In this document: one piece after another, positions 53,260 through 61,695 of the stretch
Numbering within the stretch: the stretch's first letter is position 1
Layout: every line of letters starts with the position of its first letter
Source of the DNA: Dehalococcoidia bacterium
Lineage (GTDB): Bacteria; Chloroflexota; Dehalococcoidia; UBA2979
Assembly (NCBI GenBank): GCA_041390685.1
Contig: JAWKPL010000001.1
Span: 2,081,581 to 2,145,580 of the forward strand
Length of the DNA: 64,000 nucleotides
Direction of reading: 5' to 3'
Position numbers and translations under genes: made by a program
Notes under the pieces: generated by a model
What the model was told of the DNA's origin: nothing
The model's input: only the letters and a program-made list of their open reading frames with translations
The model's database searches: none

Positions 53260-54678
53260 ATGGCGCTTACCCCCCCGCTTCCGCAGGATCTGCTCTTGAT
53301 CGGCGCCTCGGGCGACCTCGCCCAGCGCAAGCTCATTCCCGGGCTCTACAATCTCGCGCTCGACGGGCTGCTGCCTCCCGAGGGCTCCATCATCGGCTAC
53401 GCCCGCCGAGACCTCAGCGACGACCAGTTCCGCAACCTCGCCGCCGAGGCGATCCGCGAGCACTCCCGTCGCCCCTTCGACGATGTCGCCTTCGACTCGT
53501 TCGCCCGCCGCCTCACGTTCGTCTCCGAGGAGGATGGCGGTTTCGGCGCGCTCGTCGAGCGCTGCCAGCTCCCCAGGCGGCTCGCCTACCTCGCCATCCC
53601 CCCCTCGGCGTTCATGACCTACGTTAGCCTCTTCGCCGACCACGGCCTGGTCGATGGCACGCGCATCGTCATCGAGAAGCCGTTCGGCAACGACCTCGAG
53701 AGCGCGCGCATGCTCGACGCCGAGCTCCACGAGCAGTTCCAGGAGGACCAGATCTTCCGTATCGACCACTACCTCGGGAAGGAGACCGTCCAGAACATCC
53801 TCGTGTTCCGTTTCGGCAACTCCCTCTTCGAGCGCGTCTGGAATCGCGACGCTGTCGACCACGTCCAGATCACCGTCGCCGAATCGATCGGCGTCGAGGG
53901 CCGCGGCCAGTTCTACGAAGAGGTCGGTGCCCTTCGCGACATCATGCAGAACCACGTCCTGCAGATCCTGTCGCTGCTCACGATGGAGCCCCCCAGCTCC
54001 TTTCGCGCCGAGGCCATCCGCGACGAGAAAGCCAAGCTCCTCGAGTCGATCCCGCCCGTCGACCCGCGCTCCGTCGTCCGAGGCCAGTACGCCACCGGCG
54101 CCGTCGGCGACACCGTGGCCCGTGGCTACCGCGACGAGCCCGATGTCAGCCACGCCTCGAACACGGAGACCTTCGTCGCCATGCGCCTCAATATCCAGAA
54201 CTGGCGCTGGGAGGGCGTCCCCTTCTACCTCCGCACCGGAAAGCGCATGCCCGAGACCGTCACCGAGGTCACCGTTGTCTTCCGCGAAGCCCCCATCCGC
54301 TTCTTCAGCGAGCTGCCCGAGGTGAGCCGTCTCCGCCCCAACCAGCTCACGCTCCGCATCCAGCCGCAGGAGTCCATCACCTTCTCGTTCCTCGCCAAGG
54401 AGCCGGGCCCCGAGGTCCGCGTACAGCCCGTGGGCATGCATTTCGCCTACGGCGAGGCCTTCGAGGCCCGCCTCCCCGAGGCGTATGAGCGCCTCCTCCA
54501 CGACGCGATGGAGGGGGATCAGACGCTCTTCCTCCGCTCCGACGGTGTCGAGGAGGCCTGGCGCATCCTCGAACCCGTCCTCGAGAACCTGCCGCCGCTG
54601 CGCTTCTACGCCGCCGGCAGCTGGGGCCCGCCCCAGATCGATGACCTCATCGAGCCCCGCCGCTGGCGCCTCCAGTAG
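53260..54678 (+). CDS. zwf: Glucose-6-phosphate 1-dehydrogenase
   Basis: GASGDLAQRKLIPGLY, RIDHYLGKE and EPGPEV-type motifs. ATG at 53260 (the track start, TTG, is one codon upstream). Confidence 0.95.
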   Translation: MALTPPLPQDLLLIGASGDLAQRKLIPGLYNLALDGLLPPEGSIIGYARRDLSDDQFRNLAAEAIREHSRRPFDDVAFDSFARRLTFVSEEDGGFGALVERCQLPRRLAYLAIPPSAFMTYVSLFADHGLVDGTRIVIEKPFGNDLESARMLDAELHEQFQEDQIFRIDHYLGKETVQNILVFRFGNSLFERVWNRDAVDHVQITVAESIGVEGRGQFYEEVGALRDIMQNHVLQILSLLTMEPPSSFRAEAIRDEKAKLLESIPPVDPRSVVRGQYATGAVGDTVARGYRDEPDVSHASNTETFVAMRLNIQNWRWEGVPFYLRTGKRMPETVTEVTVVFREAPIRFFSELPEVSRLRPNQLTLRIQPQESITFSFLAKEPGPEVRVQPVGMHFAYGEAFEARLPEAYERLLHDAMEGDQTLFLRSDGVEEAWRILEPVLENLPPLRFYAAGSWGPPQIDDLIEPRRWRLQ

Positions 54679-54683
54679 CTCCG

Positions 54684-55316
54684 ATGCGCCGCCTCGAGGT
54701 TGTCCCCGACATCGCCGCGGCCGCTGCGGACATCATCGAGCGGCGCCAGCCCCGCACGCTCGTCCTCACCGGCGGCAACACGCCACAGCCGCTCTACCGT
54801 CGCCTCGCGACGACGCCCCTCCCCTGGCGCGAGATGGAGCTGTTCTTCGGCGACGAGCGCTGCGTCCCGCCCGACCACCCCGACTCCAACTACGGCCGCG
54901 CCGCCGAGGCCCTGCTCGACCACATCGAGGCGCGCGCGGTCTACCGCATGCGCGGCGAAACCTGCGACGCCGAGGGCTACGAACGCAACCTCCGCGCCCG
55001 CTTCGGTCCCGGCGTCCCTGCGTTCGACCTCACGCTGCTCGGCCTCGGCGAAGACGGCCACGTCGCGTCGCTCTTCCCCGGCGACCCGGCCCTCGAGGAG
55101 CGCGACCGTCTCGTCATCCGCGTCGAACACACGGACCACCCGCGCCTGACACTGACGCTCCCCGTGCTCTCCGCCTCCCGCCTCGTCCTCTTCCTCGTGA
55201 CGGGCGAGGCCAAGCGCGACGTACTCGCGAGACTCATGACCGGTGACGACATCCCCGCCACCCGCGTCGCTGCCGCCGAGGTCACCGTCCTCGCCGACCC
55301 GGCCGCCGCCCCCTGA
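54684..55316 (+). CDS. pgl: 6-phosphogluconolactonase
   Basis: LTGGNTP, FFGDERCVPPDHPDSNY and LLGLGEDGHVASLFPG. Confidence 0.9.
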   Translation: MRRLEVVPDIAAAAADIIERRQPRTLVLTGGNTPQPLYRRLATTPLPWREMELFFGDERCVPPDHPDSNYGRAAEALLDHIEARAVYRMRGETCDAEGYERNLRARFGPGVPAFDLTLLGLGEDGHVASLFPGDPALEERDRLVIRVEHTDHPRLTLTLPVLSASRLVLFLVTGEAKRDVLARLMTGDDIPATRVAAAEVTVLADPAAAP

Positions 55317-55334
55317 CCAGAACGAGGGCGGAAC

Positions 55335-55671
55335 TCAGACCGCGCTGGCAGCCAGTAGCGCCAGGGTCCCAAAGGCTACGCCGACCGTCACGCCGGCCAG
55401 ACTGACCTGAGTCGTGTCTGCTGGATGCTCCACCCTCGCGAGGCCAACGGCCCAGGCGACTGCGGCGGGCAGGAGCAGCGCGCCGAAGCTCACGATGCCG
55501 GCGATGCCCGACGAGAAGAAGGCGCCACAGGCCGCTGCGGCCGCGAACGTACGCTTCGTCGCACCGCTATCGGCACTCCCGCCGATCAGCGAAGCTGCGA
55601 CGGAGATCGCCAGCAGCGGGACCGAGGATGATCGGACCCCGCCCTGCTCCCGCGTAGATGATGAGGGACAC
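55335..55671 (-). pseudogene. Possible frameshifted small membrane-protein gene
   Basis: One minus-strand frame reads ...VPLLAISVAASLIGGSADSGATKRTFAAAAACGAFFSSGIAGIVSFGALLLPAAVAWAVGL...VTVGVAFGTLALLAASAV-stop (55337-55335) but has no start codon. A GTG (55671) followed by hydrophobic VSLIIYAGAGRGPIILG lies in a different frame and stops at 55568. Confidence 0.25.
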
Positions 55672-55834
55672 CCGCCGTCGCTAGTGCGGACGGTGCCCAG
55701 ACCAGGCGACCGTGGCGCGAACGCGCCTGCATCGGCTATCCCGCTCCGCTGTCAGGAATCTCGAGATGACCCCTTCGCGTCTCGCTAGGAGTCTACTCCG
55801 GCACCGTACCGCCGCCTCCTGACGCCGGACAGAC

Positions 55835-55864
55835 GAAGACCCTCGACTCACGTCGAGGGCCTTC
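55835..55864 (-). terminator. Hairpin terminator after the DUF6458-like gene
   Basis: Core stem CCCTCGAC-TCAC-GTCGAGGG, flanked by GAAG/CTTC. On the minus strand it is followed by GUCUGUCC, a weak U tract. Confidence 0.45.
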
Positions 55865-55892
55865 GCTTCCCGCCGCATGGGAAGACCTCGTA

Positions 55893-56132
55893 CTACGGGC
55901 CGACTCGCGGCCCGTCCTCCACGTCGATCTCCCGATACTCACGCCGCCGCGCCCCGCCCATCGGCGAGAAGCTCGTCCAGAAGAGGAGCGACAGCAGCAT
56001 TCCGGCGAACCCCACCGCCATGAGGATCAACCCCACCGTCGCGATGTCGACTCCCGTCACCGTCGTCGTCACGGCAAACGCCAGGACCGCCCCCACCGCG
56101 ATCAGGAACAGGCTCAGACCAAGCGCAGGCAT
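55893..56132 (-). CDS. Small 2-TM membrane protein (DUF6458-like)
   Basis: 79 aa. LSLFLIAVGAVLAFAV...VGLILMAVGFAGMLLSLLF with a charged tail. Confidence 0.6.
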   Translation of the reverse strand: MPALGLSLFLIAVGAVLAFAVTTTVTGVDIATVGLILMAVGFAGMLLSLLFWTSFSPMGGARRREYREIDVEDGPRVGP

Positions 56133-56165
56133 ACGTCCCTCCTTCCGCCTGGGAACCCCGTCGCT

Positions 56166-56957
56166 CTACTTCCGTCCCAACCCCATCAGCTTCTTCCCCT
56201 TCAACTCCTTGCGGCTGCGCATCTCGTCGATCGCGAGCACCTTCGCCCGCACTTCCTCGACGGTCGGCATCCGCTCCGAGATATCGGAGATCAGCCGCCG
56301 TGCCTGTTCCGCGACGTCCTCGGTCTTCGACTTCTTCCGCTTGTGGCGCACGATCAGGCCCACGGCGAGCGCCGTGACCCCGACCGCCGCCGCGCCCGCA
56401 GCCGCCTTCGGGACCGCCATCGGCATACCGTCGCCGTTGTGTCCGTGCATCTCACGCATCGGGTCGAACGGGTCTTGGCCCTGGCCGCTGCTCTGCCAGC
56501 GCCCTGCGTCACCGCCGCCCCCGCCGCTCCCCGTGGTCCCCATGCCCGCGCTCCCAAACGGCGTCCCGCCGCCGGGGATCGACGTCACTTCGGGCGGTTG
56601 CGTGGGCAGTTCCCCCGGCTCGCGGTCCGAAGCGGACTGGTTCGAAGTCATTTCCTCTACCTCCTGCCTGCTGCCTCCGGTGAAGTCCGTCGCGTCCGAC
56701 ACCGGCCCCACGGGCTCCGAGGTGCCGGTGTGCGTCTGCTCATCCGCGATGTCGTCAGGGATGACGGACTCACCGCGCAGGACCTCGTCGAGGTCCTCCT
56801 CTGCGTTCGTGCGCGCGTACCCGAGCCGCCCCTGCAGGAGCGCGAGTAGCGCTTCTCGGTTCCCGTGTGACGCCTCGATCTCCCCTCTCTCCAGGCCCGG
56901 CCAGCGCCGCTCGAGGCGCAGGCAGACCTCGTCCCAGTCGCGAATCTCAGCAGTCAC
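56166..56957 (-). CDS. Hypothetical membrane-anchored protein with an N-terminal CsbD-like helical motif
   Basis: DWDEVCLRLERRWPGLERGEIEASHGNREALLALLQGRLGY follows the W..V....W..L....I...G.R..L pattern of CsbD-like proteins. It continues with a disordered Gly/Ser/Thr region, one TM helix (AAAGAAAVGVTALAVGLIV) and a basic C-terminus. Confidence 0.5.
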   Translation of the reverse strand: MTAEIRDWDEVCLRLERRWPGLERGEIEASHGNREALLALLQGRLGYARTNAEEDLDEVLRGESVIPDDIADEQTHTGTSEPVGPVSDATDFTGGSRQEVEEMTSNQSASDREPGELPTQPPEVTSIPGGGTPFGSAGMGTTGSGGGGGDAGRWQSSGQGQDPFDPMREMHGHNGDGMPMAVPKAAAGAAAVGVTALAVGLIVRHKRKKSKTEDVAEQARRLISDISERMPTVEEVRAKVLAIDEMRSRKELKGKKLMGLGRK

Positions 56958-57181
56958 GTCCGTCTCCCGTCACCAATCGAGACATAACATCCTGCCTCTG
57001 CGGGGTCCCCCGCCGGTGCGAGCGTAGGCGCACCCCCGCCACACAGCCGTTGCGCGGGCGCCGCGAGGGCTCGCAACGGCATTGCGGTCGGACGCCGGCT
57101 CGCGTCGCTGGGCGACGCTTCGAGGCCGCGCGACGTCGAATGCGCGATACTCCATCCGTTCGTCCGCGGGGGAGGTGCGCG

Positions 57182-57670
57182 ATGGCGCTGAACGACTATC
57201 ACTTCATGGTCGGCTGGTACGTCGAGGCGCCGCCCGACGACGTCTGGGCGCTCGTGGCGGATCCCCGCACCTACACCGACTGGTGGCCCGAGTTCAAGAC
57301 GGTCAGCCGCCAGAATGACATCGAGGGCGTCGGCGCCCGCGTCGCTGCGGACGTGAAGTCGTTCCTGCCCTACCACCTGCGCTTCCGGCTCGAGTCGGTC
57401 CGCTACGACCGCCCCCACGTGGCCGAGGTCCGCTCCGCAGGCGACCTCGAGGGCATGATGCGCTGGCTGCTCGTCCCCTACGCCAACGGCACCTACCTCG
57501 TCTTCGAGGAGACGGTGCGTACCCCCGCACGCCTCATGACGCTACTGGCGCCCGTCGGCCGCCCGTTCTTCAAATGGAACCACGCCCGCATGATGCGGCA
57601 CGGCCACGACGGCCTGCGGCGCGCGCTCGCCCGCGCCGCCTCCGCCTCACACTCGATGCCCGCTCGCTAG
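57182..57670 (+). CDS. SRPBCC (START / polyketide-cyclase-like) family protein
   Basis: Trimmed to ATG at 57182 (MALNDYHFMVGWYVEAPPDDVWALVADPRTYTDWWPEF). Confidence 0.7.
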   Translation: MALNDYHFMVGWYVEAPPDDVWALVADPRTYTDWWPEFKTVSRQNDIEGVGARVAADVKSFLPYHLRFRLESVRYDRPHVAEVRSAGDLEGMMRWLLVPYANGTYLVFEETVRTPARLMTLLAPVGRPFFKWNHARMMRHGHDGLRRALARAASASHSMPAR

Positions 57671-58470
57671 CCCACCTCCGCCGCGCAGGCTGCCGCGGCG
57701 CCCTGCATTGCGGTCGCGACCAGCCCCCAGCTGTCGAGCGACGTGTAGTAGAGCGCTTCCTCGTGTACCGCGAGGCACGATCGCAGCGCATCCGCCTCCG
57801 CGGCGTAGCTGCCTGCCTGCGCCTGGCTCACCGCGGCTTGCTGCTGGCTCACCGCCGCCGCCGCTTCGGCCTGCTCTACCTGCACCAGCAGCGCCGCCCG
57901 GTCGGCGTTCGCCTCGGTCAGGTCCGCGCTCACGGCATCGAGGTCGCTCAGGACGCGCGCCCGCTCAGCCTGCTCCGCCGTCAACGAAGCCTCTGCGGAT
58001 TCGGCCCGCCGCGTCGTGATCGCCGCGGACTGCTCCAGTGCCGCAAGCTGCCGCTCAAGGTTGTCGGCGCGCTCCGTCGTCGCCCGCAGCTGCGCTTCCG
58101 TCGCCGCGAGGCCAGCGCGCGCCTCGGCCAGTTGCCGCGCGTCGGCGCCGCTCGCGGGCGCTGCGTCCGCACTGCCGCCTCCCGCTGCCGTGCTCACCGA
58201 CGTCCCCGCCGCGCCCGCGGTGTCGGCTCCTTGTTGCACGGCGGCGGTGCCCGCCGTCTCGGCCGGTACCGAACCCCGCTCACGTCCTCCCAGCACCAGC
58301 ACACTGACCAGCGCCACGATCAACACGCCCGCGCCCACCGCGGCCGTGACGAGCATCCAGCGTCGCGTCGCGATCTCACTCGGAGGCATCGAGGAATCGT
58401 CGTGTGCGTCCCAGGCGTCACGCTCTCCCGGACCCACGCGATACGCGTAGCGAGGTGGAAGGTCGGCCAT
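57667..58470 (-). CDS. Membrane-anchored coiled-coil protein, hypothetical
   Basis: Trimmed to ATG at 58470 (GGAGG lies 5 nt upstream). It has one TM helix (WMLVTAAVGAGVLIVALVSVLVL) and then a long Ala/Glu/Gln heptad-like region. The 5' 633 nt of the track ORF are Arg/Gly-rich and antisense to the cupredoxin gene. Confidence 0.6.
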   Translation of the reverse strand: MADLPPRYAYRVGPGERDAWDAHDDSSMPPSEIATRRWMLVTAAVGAGVLIVALVSVLVLGGRERGSVPAETAGTAAVQQGADTAGAAGTSVSTAAGGGSADAAPASGADARQLAEARAGLAATEAQLRATTERADNLERQLAALEQSAAITTRRAESAEASLTAEQAERARVLSDLDAVSADLTEANADRAALLVQVEQAEAAAAVSQQQAAVSQAQAGSYAAEADALRSCLAVHEEALYYTSLDSWGLVATAMQGAAAACAAEVG

Positions 58471-58614
58471 CACGGCCTCCATTCGTCGTCTACACCCCGC
58501 CACGGTCATCCGCGCGTGCCAGCGCGGACGGCTAGCGTACCACCGATAACCCGTAACGTAGCTGGCGCTTGCTCGTTCATACGGCGCTAACATTGTCCCG
58601 GCAGGCTCCTCCGT

Positions 58615-59250
58615 ATGCGGTCGCGCGCGGTCTTCCTCCCCTTCCTGGGTGGATGTGCGCTCGTGCTTGGGTGCTCGAGCGCCGGCAGCTCGTCGGTCGC
58701 GTCGCCGAAAGCCACCGCCGCTGTCGCGTCGGCGAGCACTCCCATCAGCACGCCGGACGCGCCCCTCCCCGCGGTCGCCACCCCCACCCCAACGCCACTC
58801 GCGACGCCGTCCGCGCCACCTCCGCTGCCAACCGCCGAGGCGACGCCACCGCTGCCACCGACCCTCACGGCGCCGCCCACCGTGCAGCCGCTCGCCGCGC
58901 CGCCCGCCGTGGCCACGCCTGTGCCCGTCGTCCCCACCTCGACTCCCGCCGCGACGCCGGCCCCGGAGGTGTCCCCGCCGCCGGCGCCCCGCCCCGCGCC
59001 GCTCGTCCGGCACACCGTCATTCAGGACCTTTCGTTCGAGTCCGTCATCGAGGTGCCGGCGGGCAGCACGGTCGTATGGACGAACGTCGACGGCCTCGCC
59101 CACACCGTGACCTCGACGGATCCGATGCTCGATTCACCGTTCCTGTCCACGGGCGATAGCTACTCCATCACCTTCGCGCAGGCCGGCGTGTTCAGCTATT
59201 TCTGCCGCCCGCATCTCCAGATGACCGCGACCATCATCGTCGTCGACTGA
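58615..59250 (+). CDS. Cupredoxin (plastocyanin/amicyanin-like) lipoprotein with a long Pro/Ala/Thr linker
   Basis: Lipobox LVLGC and a ~100-aa P/A/T linker. The C-terminal domain has type-1 copper ligands (GLAHTV ... FSYFCRPHLQM). Confidence 0.8.
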   Translation: MRSRAVFLPFLGGCALVLGCSSAGSSSVASPKATAAVASASTPISTPDAPLPAVATPTPTPLATPSAPPPLPTAEATPPLPPTLTAPPTVQPLAAPPAVATPVPVVPTSTPAATPAPEVSPPPAPRPAPLVRHTVIQDLSFESVIEVPAGSTVVWTNVDGLAHTVTSTDPMLDSPFLSTGDSYSITFAQAGVFSYFCRPHLQMTATIIVVD

Positions 59251-59315
59251 CATCCCGCGAGACGAACACGTCCCGCTCGGGTACGCTCTCCCGCGATGAC
59301 GGACGTGTTGTCTCG

Positions 59316-60827
59316 GTGACGCTCTCGCGTGTCCGCTCCGGCGCGCTCCTCGGCATCGAGGGCATCCCCCTCGACGTCGAGGTCGACATCGGCAGCGGTC
59401 TCCCCGCCTTCAACATCGTTGGCCTGCCGGATGCTGCAGTGCAGGAGGCGCGCGAGCGCGTGCGCGCTGCCATCCGCAACGCCGGCTACGAGTTCCCCCT
59501 GCGCCGCATCACCGTCAACCTCGCCCCGGCCGACGTGCGCAAGGAAGGCCCGATCTACGACCTCCCCATCGCGGTCGCCCTCCTCGTCGCCTCCGGTCAG
59601 GTCGAGTCACGCTTCGAAGACGTCTCGCTCATCGGCGAACTCTCGCTCGATGGCCACCTCCGCCACGCAAACGGCGTGCTCCCCCTCGTCGCCATGTGCC
59701 GCGACGCCCGCATCCCGACCGTCATCGTGCCCGCCGAGGACGTCCCCGAAGCCCGCCTCGTCGACGGGATCGAGGTCATCGGTATCGAGACGCTGACGCA
59801 GCTCAAGGAAGACCCGGGCAGCTGGCCGGTCGCTGTCCCGGCGGAGGGCGCGTCCGACGGTCTCGAGGTGCACGACCTGTCCGTGGTTCAGGGCCAGGAG
59901 CACGTGAAGCGCGCCCTCGAGGTCGCGACCGCGGGCGGCCACAACCTCATGCTCCAGGGCCCGCCCGGCGCCGGGAAGACGCTGCTCGCACGCACCATCC
60001 CCGGCCTCCTGCCGCCCCTCACCCCCGACGAAGCCCTCGAGGTCACGAAGGTCTATTCCGTCGCGGGCATGCTCGGACGCGGCCACCCGATGGTCCTCGA
60101 ACGCCCCTTTCGCGCGCCGCATCACACCATCTCTCACGCCGGCCTGGTCGGCGGAGGCAGCAAGATCCGCCCCGGCGAGGTTTCCCTCGCTCACCGCGGC
60201 GTGCTCTTCCTCGACGAGTTCCCCGAGTTCGGCGCCACCGCCCTCGAGGCCCTGCGCGAACCACTCGAGTCCGGCAGCGTCACCATCTCGCGTGCCCGCG
60301 GGTCCGCCACCTTCCCCGCGCGCTTCCTGCTCGTCGCCGCCATGAACCCCTGCCCCTGCGGCTACCACGGTGACAACCGCCACCCCTGCACCTGCGCCGA
60401 GGCAATGGTCACCCGCTATCAGCGCCGCATCTCCGGCCCCCTCCTCGACCGCTTCGACCTCTTCGTCGACGTTCCCCGGGTCGAGTACGCCGAGCTCACC
60501 GCCGCCCCCTCCGGCGAGCCGTCCGCAGGCGTCCGCGCCCGGGTCGCCGCCGCCCGCGAGGTACAGCGCGCCCGCCTCGACGGCACCCCCTACATCGCCA
60601 ACGCCGAGATGGGCCCCCTCGAGGTCCGCGAGCACTGCCAGCAACGCCTCGCCCCCGCCGCCCAGCCGCTCCTCGCCTCCGCCATGGACCGCCTCGCCCT
60701 CTCTGCGCGCGCCTTCCACCGCGTGCTCAAAGTCGCCCGCACCATCGCCGACCTCGCCGCCTCAGAAACCATCGAGGCCCCCCACCTCGCCGAGGCTGTC
60801 CAGTACCGCCGCCGCGCCGTGGACTGA
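59316..60827 (+). CDS. comM: YifB/ComM-family Mg-chelatase-like AAA+ ATPase
   Basis: An N-terminal Lon-protease-like domain is followed by LMLQGPPGAGKTLLA, GVLFLDEFPEF and a zinc-ribbon-like CPCGYHGDNRHPCTC. GTG start. Confidence 0.92.
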   Translation: MTLSRVRSGALLGIEGIPLDVEVDIGSGLPAFNIVGLPDAAVQEARERVRAAIRNAGYEFPLRRITVNLAPADVRKEGPIYDLPIAVALLVASGQVESRFEDVSLIGELSLDGHLRHANGVLPLVAMCRDARIPTVIVPAEDVPEARLVDGIEVIGIETLTQLKEDPGSWPVAVPAEGASDGLEVHDLSVVQGQEHVKRALEVATAGGHNLMLQGPPGAGKTLLARTIPGLLPPLTPDEALEVTKVYSVAGMLGRGHPMVLERPFRAPHHTISHAGLVGGGSKIRPGEVSLAHRGVLFLDEFPEFGATALEALREPLESGSVTISRARGSATFPARFLLVAAMNPCPCGYHGDNRHPCTCAEAMVTRYQRRISGPLLDRFDLFVDVPRVEYAELTAAPSGEPSAGVRARVAAAREVQRARLDGTPYIANAEMGPLEVREHCQQRLAPAAQPLLASAMDRLALSARAFHRVLKVARTIADLAASETIEAPHLAEAVQYRRRAVD

Positions 60828-60841
60828 CGGGCGCGGTCGAC

Positions 60842-61624
60842 ATGCTCGAACCACACGGGGGATGGTCCGCCGCCCCCCAGGCCGTCCCGCCGGACGGCAT
60901 CCTCCTCCTCGAGATGTTCGGACGGTTGACCGCTGCGCCCGACGCACCGTTCCGAGGTGAGGGAGCATTGTGGTCCGTCTTCCGCACCCGCGCCGAGATG
61001 ATGGGCTGGGAGCGCGGCAGTTCCCGGCCCGGTGCGCTCTGGTCGACCCACGAAGCGGAACTGACTGCCGGCTCGGAGACGGCTCGCCTGGGCTGGGCGC
61101 AGGTCGGCATCGAAGAAGGCTCGAGTCTCGTGCGCGTGCTGCCCGCACTCATCCAGTGCCTCGAGGACGCGCTCGGTCGCTTCGGCATCGTCGAATCGTC
61201 GGCGCTGCAACTCACGGCCGTGGGCATGTCGCCCGCTCCCTCTCGCTCCGATGCCACGCACGCGTCCTGGCTCCCCTGGTTTAGTGCGCACGACCACGAC
61301 GCGGCCGTCGACGCCGCCCTCGCCTTCAACGGCGAGATGCTCCGAGCACGCGCAGAGTTGGACATCCTTGATCGCCTCGGTCGCTCGGGAACTCCGTTCT
61401 TCAGCTTCGGGCCGTCCGCGACGGTGCCGGCGGAGTTCCGCATCGTGGCTCCGCCGGAAGCGCCGCTCGACCGACCCCTGTCTGCTGCGAGCCGCGGCAT
61501 CGCCGTACGCATGCCCGAGTGGTCGAACGCCGCCGCGGCGTGGGTGCTCTCCGCGGCCGTCGACGCGACCCGTGCCTCCGCATCCACCACCGCCTTCGCT
61601 TGCAGGCTGTCGAGGCCCGCCTGA
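60842..61624 (+). CDS. Hypothetical protein, paralogue B of the family at 50922-51716
   Basis: 260 aa, starting 14 nt after the comM stop. It aligns collinearly with paralogue A (see that entry). Confidence 0.65.
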   Translation: MLEPHGGWSAAPQAVPPDGILLLEMFGRLTAAPDAPFRGEGALWSVFRTRAEMMGWERGSSRPGALWSTHEAELTAGSETARLGWAQVGIEEGSSLVRVLPALIQCLEDALGRFGIVESSALQLTAVGMSPAPSRSDATHASWLPWFSAHDHDAAVDAALAFNGEMLRARAELDILDRLGRSGTPFFSFGPSATVPAEFRIVAPPEAPLDRPLSAASRGIAVRMPEWSNAAAAWVLSAAVDATRASASTTAFACRLSRPA

Positions 61625-61642
61625 CGCCGCCACCAGAAACAC

Positions 61643-61670
61643 GGAGGCTCGCGCCGCGGCGCGAGCCTCC
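61643..61670. terminator. Bidirectional palindromic hairpin between convergent genes
   Basis: GGAGGCTCGCGCCGCGGCGCGAGCCTCC is a perfect 28-nt palindrome. On the minus strand it is followed by GUGUUUCUGG. Confidence 0.6.
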
Positions 61671-61695
61671 TCGTCGCTCCGTCTATCCAGTTCCG

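Noticed and set aside
57667-59103. 478-aa version of the coiled-coil protein ORF.
   Set aside because: The first ~210 residues are Arg/Gly-rich and antisense to the cupredoxin gene. An internal ATG with a GGAGG SD, followed by a TM helix, gives a coherent protein.
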